This document shows, one piece after another, positions 31,136 to 39,635 of a DNA stretch of 41,415 nucleotides. The DNA comes from Thermoplasmatota archaeon. Its GTDB lineage: Archaea; Thermoplasmatota; Thermoplasmata; Thermoplasmatales; ARK-15. The notes below the pieces were generated by a model. It had not been told where the DNA came from. It saw nothing but the letters and a program-made list of their open reading frames with translations, and ran no database searches. The stretch's first letter is position 1. Every line of letters begins with the position of its first letter. The DNA is taken from contig JAVRLB010000003.1 of NCBI GenBank assembly GCA_031961865.1, positions 1 to 41,415 on the forward strand, read 5' to 3'. Position numbers and translations under genes: made by a program.

Positions 31136-31510
31136 TTATTTTGCACCTCGGCTTCTTTTAACACTCTCTAAAGACCTTACCCTCCAGTATATAAATACCA
31201 GAGAAATTACAAAAATCAGAAGTAGAATTAATAGATATGGAAAACTGAACTTTATTGCTGTATTTGCGTAAAAAAGTGCGCCAAACCCAAAAATATAGTA
31301 TATCCATACAAAGCTTTTTAATACTATGTTTGTACCTGTAAAAGCGTATAATATATAACCAGTAAGAGAGAATACTAAAGACAGTATGCCAATATAAACT
31401 ACTGCCACTAATTTATCTGTATTGGATACTAAGAGATAATAGAATAATAGTACTGCAAACAATGTCAGTACTATCGCAATAATTACACCAATGAATGTGC
31501 TCCTTTTCAT
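31136..31510 (-). CDS. Hypothetical 4-TM membrane protein
   Basis: Four hydrophobic segments, basic C-terminal tail, GAGGT RBS. First gene of the operon. Confidence 0.8.
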   Translation of the reverse strand: MKRSTFIGVIIAIVLTLFAVLLFYYLLVSNTDKLVAVVYIGILSLVFSLTGYILYAFTGTNIVLKSFVWIYYIFGFGALFYANTAIKFSFPYLLILLLIFVISLVFIYWRVRSLESVKRSRGAK

Positions 31511-31712
31511 TTAAATCATACCTCATAACTTTATCAAATATATCTATTTTTCCATATATTTATATTTTTGTGAAATGATAAAAACATGCTAATTAAACTT
31601 TAGCTGTAAATATATAGATGTTTCATAGACCCGGGATGTAAGGTAAAAAATAAAAATTTTTATATAGTAGATTACAAATGCCGAAACTATTATAAAAAAA
31701 AGGTGAACTTTT

Positions 31713-31877
31713 ATGTCAACAAAGTTGTTCGAAGTTGAAGTGGTAAGGGATGGAGATATATTTATTGCAAGAATTACGCTGCAGAGTGGAGAAGTAGTGA
31801 GCATAGAAAGCGAGAATCTAGACGAAGTGCTAGAAAACTTGAGCTCAGAACTACAAGAGAAATATGATGCTTTATAA
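31713..31877 (+). CDS. 54-aa acidic protein, possibly HicB-like fold (not in ORF track)
   Basis: AGGTGA RBS at 31701-31706. ATG..TAA ORF MSTKLFEVEVVRDGDIFIARITLQSGEVVSIESENLDEVLENLSSELQEKYDAL. Confidence 0.8.
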   Translation: MSTKLFEVEVVRDGDIFIARITLQSGEVVSIESENLDEVLENLSSELQEKYDAL

Positions 31878-32486
31878 AAAAATCACTCTTTTCCCATTAA
31901 TTATATACTTTTTTTCAGTAATATTTTTAAGTGCCTCAATTAGTGTTTCATGTTCATATGGCAATATTCGTTCTGCCAGACTTTTTGGCGTATCTGTATC
32001 TAGAACATTCACAGCAGTTTGAGCAATTATAGGACCACCATCGATATCTTCAGTTACAAAGTGCACAGTACATCCAGAAACTTTACATCCCGCTTTTAAC
32101 ACTGCCTCGTGCACATGTTCTCCATAGTACCCTTTACCGCCAAATGCTGGAAGTAGTGCAGGGTGAATGTTTATAATTTTATTTTCATATCTTCTTATAA
32201 ATTTAGAGGTTAAAATCTTTAAATATCCAGCAAGTATCACTAGATCTACATTATGCTCTTCTAAAATTTTCAGCACTAATTCATCAAATTCTTCATCACT
32301 CTTGTTTTTTGGAGAAATATATAAAGCAGGGATTTTATTGATGCTGGCACGTTCTAACCCATATGCATCTTTTCTGTTGGATATTACAACCTTGATCTCG
32401 CAGTTAAGTTTGCCAGCTTTTATAGCATCTATTATAGACTGAAGATTAGTGCCATGTCCAGAAATCAATACACCTAAATTTACCAT
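31872..32486 (-). CDS. purN: Phosphoribosylglycinamide formyltransferase
   Basis: LISGHGTNLQ, LAGY, INIHPALLP, GCTVHFV, DGGPII. Confidence 0.95.
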   Translation of the reverse strand: MVNLGVLISGHGTNLQSIIDAIKAGKLNCEIKVVISNRKDAYGLERASINKIPALYISPKNKSDEEFDELVLKILEEHNVDLVILAGYLKILTSKFIRRYENKIINIHPALLPAFGGKGYYGEHVHEAVLKAGCKVSGCTVHFVTEDIDGGPIIAQTAVNVLDTDTPKSLAERILPYEHETLIEALKNITEKKYIINGKRVIFL

Positions 32487-32520
32487 TGTCTATATAATAG
32501 AATAGAGATATTTAAATTTA

Positions 32521-33510
32521 TTAATCTATATTTACAATCTCATCGAATTTCAATTGACTGATATCTCTTATACCAATCGCAATTTCAAGTTCTATTGGAG
32601 TTATAATTGGTTTTTTGAATCTGTTCCAGTCATCGATTGCAATCCTTGGGCAAGCAAATGAAACAAATGCATCTACATTATAGTTCAACATTTGATCTGG
32701 ATCCAGCAGATCTAAGTAAACCACATATGCTTTCTTGCCTTGCTTCTCTAGAACTTTTTTTATGTACTCAGCATATTTGCCTCTGAACTGACCCGCTTTA
32801 GTAGAAACTATAAGTGCAAAAGTGCTGGCATTTTTTACCATTTCAATGGCTGCATACCTCTGCCTAATAATCTTATCAACCTTTTCTGTAACAGTTCTTA
32901 TCTCTCTCATCAAAGGATCAATTATATAGACCTTCTTGCCAGTAACCATCTCAATGCCAATCGCATGAAAATCACCATTGCTGAGTAGGATATAACAATC
33001 CACTTTTTCGGCTATGCTGCGTGCAGAACTAAAGTTACAACCAAGCACCTGCCCATTGTAAGTGATTCTTGAATCGCTGTCACCTATATACGAATTAATA
33101 TGCTTTTTCGAAAGAAACTCAGAGATTTCTGGTAATATATCTATGTATTGTAATGTTGCTGTCAAACCTATTTTTCTGCAATTTATCTTAATAATTTGAT
33201 CCTTGATCCATTCACTATCCATTTTTGCTCTCATTTCTACAAAATAAACAGGTATGTTAAGCTTCAGGTTTGGAATAATAGAATGCCCAAAATGCAGAAT
33301 CATGTCACATCCGTACCGATTATCTGGAATGTCACAAGCCCCAAAACAAGGATCTCCAGAAAACACCAGCTCGAACCCATGCAGTTGATCTGTGATGTAT
33401 GAATAATACTGTTTTAAGCCTTCAGGCAACTGTATCAGTATCTTTTTCACCTTTTTATCTGCAAGCATCTTTCTTATTTCGTGCCAGTTGATATTATATT
33501 CTTCCATCAT
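32521..33510 (-). CDS. dph2: Diphthamide biosynthesis enzyme Dph2
   Basis: QLPEGLK, PCFGACD, HFGH, GQVLGC, ACPRIAIDD (three Fe-S Cys). Confidence 0.95.
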   Translation of the reverse strand: MMEEYNINWHEIRKMLADKKVKKILIQLPEGLKQYYSYITDQLHGFELVFSGDPCFGACDIPDNRYGCDMILHFGHSIIPNLKLNIPVYFVEMRAKMDSEWIKDQIIKINCRKIGLTATLQYIDILPEISEFLSKKHINSYIGDSDSRITYNGQVLGCNFSSARSIAEKVDCYILLSNGDFHAIGIEMVTGKKVYIIDPLMREIRTVTEKVDKIIRQRYAAIEMVKNASTFALIVSTKAGQFRGKYAEYIKKVLEKQGKKAYVVYLDLLDPDQMLNYNVDAFVSFACPRIAIDDWNRFKKPIITPIELEIAIGIRDISQLKFDEIVNID

Positions 33511-34646
33511 TTCCGCCCCATCTTTCTTTCCAGATCCATTACAAAGTCGTCTATGATGAACTTAGTAATATGTGGCATAACTACAATTCTTAATAGATTA
33601 TCATATTTGTTGTATCCTACCATCCATTTTGGTTTTAGGCTGTTAGCTATCTTCTCGGATGATTCTGTTTTTATGTTTATAATGTTCATAACCGGTTTTA
33701 ACAAAACATCGATGTTTTTTTCCTGAAGCAGATCATACATATATAATGTGTTTTCATAACATTTCTTGACCATGAGTTTATACCCTTCCAGCCCCATTTT
33801 TCTCATTACTGCGTATGCTGCCACTACATTGCTGCTACTTCTGGTGCCAAGGAGTGTAGTACTTATCTTGCTGGTCAGATACTCAGAAGAAAAACTAATG
33901 AGATCAAAATAGTTGTCTTTGAACAGTAATGCTCCCGCACCTATGGTGCTTAGCCCCATCTTATGTGGATCTATAGATATAGAACTCACACCCCCTATCT
34001 TAAAATCAAAATCTGGTAACTGGTATCCCAGCAACTTTAAGAATGGTATTACAAACCCACCAAATGCCGCATCAACATGCAAAAAAATGTCATTTTTTCT
34101 TGCAAAATCGGCCAGTTTGTCAATAGGGTCTACAGTGCCATACTCAGTAGTGCCAGCAATGCCGACTATTGCCATAACATCATCAGGATTGATCTCTTTG
34201 ACAATTGAATAGTCAATAACGTAATTATCTGTAAGGGGTACCAGATTCAGGTTAAGGTTCAACAAATCCGCAGCCTTAACAATTGAAAAATGCGCAGCTT
34301 TGGACACTATTACTGTATTTTTATTCTTTTTCATCTTTTTAGCTACCCATAAAGCGGTAATATTTGATTCTGTACCGCCACTAAGCACTCTCCCATATGC
34401 ATTTTTGTTATGCAACAACTCTCCAATACTTTTAATCACTTTTTCCTCTATTTTCTTCGTGCCAGGAAATAAGTAAGGATTTCCAAGATTTGATTCTATA
34501 AACTTGCTATTTGCCCAAACAGCTATGCTTTCAGGTTCACTGCTCATAGAACTCAAAATCGTACCATCCCTATATTTATAATTTTCATTATAATATTTTA
34601 ATAGTTCCTTCTTTATATCCTTCTCAGATACTCCTCTTTTTTGCAT
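33507..34646 (-). CDS. mfnA: Group II PLP decarboxylase MfnA (tyrosine / aspartate 1-decarboxylase)
   Basis: ILSSM, SNLGNP, SGGTESN, HFS, HVDAAFGGF, DPHKMG, GTR. ATG at 34646 follows AAGGAG. Confidence 0.9.
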   Translation of the reverse strand: MQKRGVSEKDIKKELLKYYNENYKYRDGTILSSMSSEPESIAVWANSKFIESNLGNPYLFPGTKKIEEKVIKSIGELLHNKNAYGRVLSGGTESNITALWVAKKMKKNKNTVIVSKAAHFSIVKAADLLNLNLNLVPLTDNYVIDYSIVKEINPDDVMAIVGIAGTTEYGTVDPIDKLADFARKNDIFLHVDAAFGGFVIPFLKLLGYQLPDFDFKIGGVSSISIDPHKMGLSTIGAGALLFKDNYFDLISFSSEYLTSKISTTLLGTRSSSNVVAAYAVMRKMGLEGYKLMVKKCYENTLYMYDLLQEKNIDVLLKPVMNIINIKTESSEKIANSLKPKWMVGYNKYDNLLRIVVMPHITKFIIDDFVMDLERKMGRK

Positions 34647-34648
34647 AA

Positions 34649-35437
34649 TCAATCTCCTTTTTTTAGAAAATATATATATTCATGCTTGAATACAAAATAG
34701 CCACTTTTGAGAGCTCGATATCTCCATAATGAATACTTTCCATGCTTTTCTTTGTTTTCTTCAATATTTTTTACAACTATCCCCTTCAGAATATAATTGT
34801 ACTTTAATATGACCTGCAATGTGTAGTAGCTTAATGGAACTAATGCTCCGTTTTCATATTTGTCACCTATGACAAATACCATGTATCTCCCAGGATCCAG
34901 AAGATCATATGTATTTTTTATCACTATATCTATCCTCTCTAAAAATTCAGTTAACGTTGCAGAATTTGATAGGTCCATTACTTTCGCTGTAAAATGTATA
35001 ATATCCCAATATGGTGGATGGATCATCAATAACTGAAAATTGCTCTTAATTTCTTTTAATTTCTTATATGTAGCAGGATCGGTAGAGTCAGCACTAAAAA
35101 CTTCTGAAATTGTATCAGATTCTATTTTTTTTAATTTTTCCTTTGCAACCTCTAAGATTTCATTATTAATATCGATACCTATTGCATTTCTACCCTGATA
35201 CTTTGCTTCTATTAATGTTGTGCCCGAGCCCATAAAAGGATCAAGTATCCAATCCCCTTTTTTTGTAAATCTTATAATCGCCTGTCTCGGTATCTGTGGT
35301 ATGAAATTACCATGAAAACTGGGATCATGGACTCCATAATTATCCCTGGAAGAAAATAGCCAGAGAGAATCTGTGATAATATCATCGTACTGTTTCCATT
35401 TTTTCATATCTAGATTGTTAATAGACACAAACAACAT
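34649..35437 (-). CDS. SAM-dependent amino-methyltransferase (N4-C/N6-A DNA MTase-like), solitary
   Basis: Motif I LDPFMGSGTT precedes motif IV IHPPY. Also HGNFIPQIP and FKHEYI. Confidence 0.85.
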   Translation of the reverse strand: MLFVSINNLDMKKWKQYDDIITDSLWLFSSRDNYGVHDPSFHGNFIPQIPRQAIIRFTKKGDWILDPFMGSGTTLIEAKYQGRNAIGIDINNEILEVAKEKLKKIESDTISEVFSADSTDPATYKKLKEIKSNFQLLMIHPPYWDIIHFTAKVMDLSNSATLTEFLERIDIVIKNTYDLLDPGRYMVFVIGDKYENGALVPLSYYTLQVILKYNYILKGIVVKNIEENKEKHGKYSLWRYRALKSGYFVFKHEYIYFLKKGD

Positions 35438-35572
35438 AAACAAGTTTACAGATTTAAAATTTTGTAAGAATTAATTTGAATAAATAGCCTTTAACATATA
35501 AATCTCAGCACAATAAAGTTCAAAAATTAAATTATTATACGTTTTAAAAATAATAAAAGAGATAGAGATAAT

Positions 35573-35854
35573 TTACATTCGCATAGTTATTTCAATTGAA
35601 GATACATTACTTTCTCTATCTTCATTTTTTACTTTTTCAGTGTCTATTTTTACCTCAGCTTTTACATCTGGTAAAAATCTATGTTTAACTATCTCAGCTA
35701 TGTCCACAGCTTTAGCAATTGTACGACCTCTTGCCTTTATAACCACCAGTTTAGCACCGGTCTTAAACTGTGTGATTACCGCAAGAACATAGTTCATAGT
35801 TGGCTTCTTTCCAATAAACACCACATTTTCGTCGTTTTTTTGTATTTCTGCCAT
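35573..35854 (-). CDS. albA: Chromatin/RNA-binding protein Alba
   Basis: [35 protein letters not shown]. Confidence 0.96.
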   Translation of the reverse strand: MAEIQKNDENVVFIGKKPTMNYVLAVITQFKTGAKLVVIKARGRTIAKAVDIAEIVKHRFLPDVKAEVKIDTEKVKNEDRESNVSSIEITMRM

Positions 35855-36032
35855 ATTAGTACCTCCGTAAGATTGTTTACGTATTATATTGTTTGATACT
35901 ACTTATATTTTTTGGTTTTGTATGCGTGGCACGTATTATTTTTCTGTAACTTATATTTTAAATTGAATTTGTTTATACCTGCACTGATCACCTCAATATC
36001 CTCTTGACCATTTGAAGAGAGATATTAAAGTT

Positions 36033-36045
36033 AAGTTTAAATATA
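36033..36045 (+). promoter_or_regulatory. Putative BRE/TATA promoter for a leaderless lsm-rpl37e-purF transcript
   Basis: aagtttaaatata ends about 20 nt before the ATG at 36066. No RBS in between. Confidence 0.5.
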
Positions 36046-36065
36046 TGGTTCGGTTTATACCCACT

Positions 36066-36293
36066 ATGGATAATACAGCTAAACCATTACAAATACTACA
36101 GAATGCATTAAATAAGAATGTTTTGATCTCTGTCAAAGGTGGTAAAGAATATAGAGGACAGTTAAATGGATACGATCAACACATGAATCTCGTACTAAAA
36201 AACGCAGAAGAAGTTATTGAGAACCAGTCAAAAGGAATATTAACTACAGTAATAGTTAGAGGAGATAATGTTATATATATCTCTCCATCATAA
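36066..36293 (+). CDS. Sm-like archaeal protein (Lsm/SmAP1)
   Basis: GQLNGYDQHMNLVL and VRGDNV Sm motifs. Directly upstream of rpl37e, as is typical. Confidence 0.95.
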   Translation: MDNTAKPLQILQNALNKNVLISVKGGKEYRGQLNGYDQHMNLVLKNAEEVIENQSKGILTTVIVRGDNVIYISPS

Positions 36294-36316
36294 TTAAATT
36301 AAGAGGTGTAATATTT

Positions 36317-36481
36317 ATGGGAGCAGGTACTCCTGCATTAGGTAAACACGGGAGCCGAAAGACGCATATTAGGTGTAGAAGATGTGGATATCATGCATAT
36401 AATATCCACGAAAAGAGGTGCTCACACTGTGGCTATCCCGCACCAAGACTCAGAAGCTATAATTGGGCGAAAAAGCACTGA
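36317..36481 (+). CDS. rpl37e: 50S ribosomal protein L37e (not in ORF track)
   Basis: MGAGTPALGKHGSRKTHIRCRRCGYHAYNIHEKRCSHCGYPAPRLRSYNWAKKH. GAGGTG RBS at 36303. Confidence 0.96.
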   Translation: MGAGTPALGKHGSRKTHIRCRRCGYHAYNIHEKRCSHCGYPAPRLRSYNWAKKH

Positions 36482-37880
36482 ATATTGTGGTGTTGTGGGA
36501 TTTAAGAGCCACAGTAGCGTAGTATCATTGCTATATTTTGGATTAAGAAGTTTGCAGCATAGAGGTCAAGAGTCTGCCGGAATAAGTGTATATAATGATA
36601 ATAATAAAGTCTCTACATATAAGGGTATGGGGCTGGTACATGAAGTTTTTACAAAAAATATATTAGATTCTTTATCTGGAAACAGCGGAATAGGTCATGT
36701 GAGATACTCAACTGCCGGATCTTCGGTCATATCTAACGCACAGCCGATAATGATCCATACTGCCATAGGTGATATGGCTATTGCTCATAATGGAGAGATT
36801 TCAAATGCGGCAGATGTTAGAGAATATCTTGAAAAAGCAGGAGACTCTTTTTTTACAGAATCGGATACTGAGCTAATCTTAAAATTGATAGCTTTAGAAG
36901 CTACAAAGCATGGAAACATTATAGACGGAATTAAGAGAAGCATGAGGTATCTTAAAGGCTCTTATTCCTTAGCTTTTCAGATAAACGATAGAATATTTGC
37001 AATAAGAGATCCCTTAGGAGTTAGACCTCTTGTGCTTGGCAAACTTGATGGGGGATATGGTATTGCGTCAGAATCAGTTGTATTTGATACTTTGGGTGGG
37101 CAAACGATAAGGGATATCTACCCAGGAGAGATCTTAGAAATTACTCCAGACACAGCTATAACACAGTATAGAATAGAGAATGTACAGACTGCTTTCTGTA
37201 TGTTCGAGTATGTGTACTTTGCAAGAGCAGATAGCACAATGAACAGCAAAAACATATATTCAGTCCGCAAAAACCTTGGCAAGTTTCTGGCCCGTGAGCA
37301 TCCTGTAGATGCGGATATCGTGGTGCCTGTGCCTGATTCTGGCAGAACTCACGCACTTGGATACGCGGAAGAAGCAAACATTCCATTCGCTGAAGGATTG
37401 ATGAAAAACAGATATATTGATCGCACATTTATTATGCCTTCAGAAAAAGAAAGAGCCCAGGAAATTCAGCTAAAATTAAATCCTATTAAAGAAGTGATTA
37501 ACGGCAAGAGAATAGTGCTTATAGATGACAGCATTGTTCGTGGAAATACAACAAAGAAGATTGTTAAATTGTTAAAAAATGCAGGGGCAGAAAAAGTTCA
37601 TGTTAGAATCGCATCACCGCCCATCATTGCACCCTGTTACCTGGGAATAGATATGAAAACCAGAAGCCAGTTTATTGCTGCAGGAAAGACCGTAGAAGAA
37701 ATAAGAGAAATTATCAATGCTGATTCATTAGCCTATTTAAGCATAGAAGGACTCGTTAAAGCTATTGGAATAAATAAAAATGATCTATGCCTTGGCTGTT
37801 TAACCGGCACATATCCAGTACCTATAAAAGGCGAAAAATACAGAGATCAGCAAATTCTCAGCAATTTTTATAAACTCTGA
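36429..37880 (+). CDS. purF: Amidophosphoribosyltransferase
   Basis: CGVVG, QHRGQESAG, GHVRYST, HNG, CMFEYVYFAR, DDSIVRGNT. GTG at 36429 follows GAGGTG at 36415-36420. Confidence 0.94.
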   Translation: MAIPHQDSEAIIGRKSTEYCGVVGFKSHSSVVSLLYFGLRSLQHRGQESAGISVYNDNNKVSTYKGMGLVHEVFTKNILDSLSGNSGIGHVRYSTAGSSVISNAQPIMIHTAIGDMAIAHNGEISNAADVREYLEKAGDSFFTESDTELILKLIALEATKHGNIIDGIKRSMRYLKGSYSLAFQINDRIFAIRDPLGVRPLVLGKLDGGYGIASESVVFDTLGGQTIRDIYPGEILEITPDTAITQYRIENVQTAFCMFEYVYFARADSTMNSKNIYSVRKNLGKFLAREHPVDADIVVPVPDSGRTHALGYAEEANIPFAEGLMKNRYIDRTFIMPSEKERAQEIQLKLNPIKEVINGKRIVLIDDSIVRGNTTKKIVKLLKNAGAEKVHVRIASPPIIAPCYLGIDMKTRSQFIAAGKTVEEIREIINADSLAYLSIEGLVKAIGINKNDLCLGCLTGTYPVPIKGEKYRDQQILSNFYKL

Positions 37881-38752
37881 CCCGTTTTTAAAATTCTATC
37901 TACACTCTTGTTAATTTTATCTTTTAGATCAAATCCAATATTGGTATTTCCATAATAATCCATCTTCGCAGCAATTAATATTTTACCGCTCAGCATTCTC
38001 GCTATTTTTCCACGTTTTGATGCCGGTGCATTGTGCACTGCCGGATGTTTGAATAAAATACCGTACTTTGGTGGCTTTGACCCTTTTTTTAAATGCCGGA
38101 ACATGGCTGTTTGCGCTCCTAAAACCTGCAACTTGCTGGCTGGCATATTTGCCAGTTTTTGAAGATTGCCAGCGTGATAAATGAGCAGTGCACCGATCAA
38201 CGGTCCTGCAACAATCTTCAAATTCGGTGCAACTTGATCCATAGTAGATTCTACATAATTTTCTAATTGTGATTTAAGCAACATTGCGTTTTTAGCAAAT
38301 TCTGAAAAGGATAAAAGCGCTTTTTTATCGTATTCTGTTCTTGATATTAAAGTCTCAACATTTTCCTGAATATTAGAGATAGTCTCATCGGTAGATCGAT
38401 CAGCTTTTAGAGTGTATACCCCGTACCATTCTGACAGATGCTCAAATAAAAAATTTGTGTATATGTCCAGGTCCTGCAGTGTTGATATCGCCTGCAATAT
38501 TCCTTCTTCTTTAAGTGTTTCTTCCTTAATTCTCAGCTTTCCATATTCTAATAAAGACACTTGTAAAAGCTTCATATCCTCTTCAGTATCCTGTATTTCA
38601 TTATAATCTGCATATTTTCTTATAAAATCATTGAACTCGCCATTTCTGAGTTTTAGAAAATATTCTGGTAATCTCTCTTTTTCAAATTCGATTTTATCTA
38701 CCATTAACCCGTCTTTTATTGCATAAATCCCATGCCATCTAACATATGCCAT
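37868..38752 (-). CDS. nop5: Box C/D sRNP protein Nop5 (Nop56/58)
   Basis: EWYG, APNL..VAGPLIGALLI, MPASKLQVLGA, PPKYGILF, RGKIAR. Confidence 0.92.
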   Translation of the reverse strand: MAYVRWHGIYAIKDGLMVDKIEFEKERLPEYFLKLRNGEFNDFIRKYADYNEIQDTEEDMKLLQVSLLEYGKLRIKEETLKEEGILQAISTLQDLDIYTNFLFEHLSEWYGVYTLKADRSTDETISNIQENVETLISRTEYDKKALLSFSEFAKNAMLLKSQLENYVESTMDQVAPNLKIVAGPLIGALLIYHAGNLQKLANMPASKLQVLGAQTAMFRHLKKGSKPPKYGILFKHPAVHNAPASKRGKIARMLSGKILIAAKMDYYGNTNIGFDLKDKINKSVDRILKTGQSL

Positions 38753-38847
38753 AATGATACAATTGGTTTAAGCTCATAACTTTTTCTATTTTTTTGATGT
38801 TCATCATATTTTTCCTCACATTCATTAGGAATAAATATCTTCTGGCT

Positions 38848-39433
38848 TTAATTGATTTTTGGCAGAAGATACAGAATAGACCCTGAACAGTAAGTATGAG
38901 GTCGCAACAATTCAATTGCCCATATGAAAGATAATAAAAATAAGTAGCTACTGTTAAATGATATTCCTCCAAAAGAATAACAGAAGTACCTTCCTGTTCC
39001 TATTTCAAAAGCTGAGTACAATGATTTAAATGGTGAGGAATAAATGAGTGTAGTGGCTGGTGTCCTGTTTACCTGTAAGCCTAAAACTAACAAAAATCAT
39101 AGGTATCAAGAATGAATACCTAACAAATTTGATACTTTTCAAATGCAATAACAAGTAAGTAAAGAAAGGATCAGAATTGCCAATAGTATGTACCCGGGGG
39201 TTTACTGTCTTAAATATTCCATAGGGATTGCAATTAAATAAGAAATAATGACCACGATCAAAGTGAATATGAATGTCGAAAGAGTTATTGAACGCAGCAA
39301 CGTAGATAATCCGTGTCTTTGTAAAGTTAAATGTGTAAATTACATCATTTGCTACTCTGTATGCCACAGTGGTAAAGAAGGAAACTGCGGTAAGCATTAC
39401 AATAAATAATACCTAGGAGTGCAAGTATTTCAC
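38848..39433 (-). pseudogene. Probable decayed gene for a secreted/surface protein
   Basis: GTG at 39433 gives MKYLHS*VLFIVMLTAVSFFTTVA, a signal-like N-terminus broken by TAG at 39413-39415. Overlapping short ORFs in three frames follow. Confidence 0.35.
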
Positions 39434-39463
39434 TTTGTATTATGAGTGCGGAGCTTGAGTCCT

Positions 39464-39601
39464 AAAAGAATAGTTTTATTGAGGTGTCGAAACCAGTATA
39501 TCTGAGCTCTTGACTTCTTCCTTTAACGCTTTAACCGTTTCTGGAGTACCATCTTCAAGATCCTGATAAATAGTGGAAAGGTTCTTAAGATCAAATATTG
39601 C
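39464..39601 (-). pseudogene. Fragment of NAD(P)H-dependent FMN reductase (SsuE/ChrR family)
   Basis: Translates AIFDLKNLSTIYQDLEDGTPETVKALKEEVKSSDILVSTPQ*NYSF. Matches the family pattern ...QDLE..P..V...K...D..L.STPEYNYS, with TAA at 39476-39478 replacing Tyr. Confidence 0.7.
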
Positions 39602-39635
39602 CTAAATAACAAATTTTCAAGTAGAGTCTTAATAC

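Noticed and set aside
33507-34646. mfnA as evidence of methanofuran synthesis or methanogenesis
   Set aside because: In non-methanogenic archaea this family acts as aspartate decarboxylase for CoA synthesis. No methanogenesis genes are present.
35986-36026. gatcacctc (strong RBS on minus strand) plus an imperfect hairpin between alba and lsm
   Set aside because: The following GTG frame stops after three codons, and the hairpin is AT-rich and weak. Cannot support an RNA or gene.
39413-39415. In-frame TAG as possible pyrrolysine readthrough
   Set aside because: No pyl genes in the window, several genes here end in TAG, and surrounding frames are also broken. Decay is simpler.
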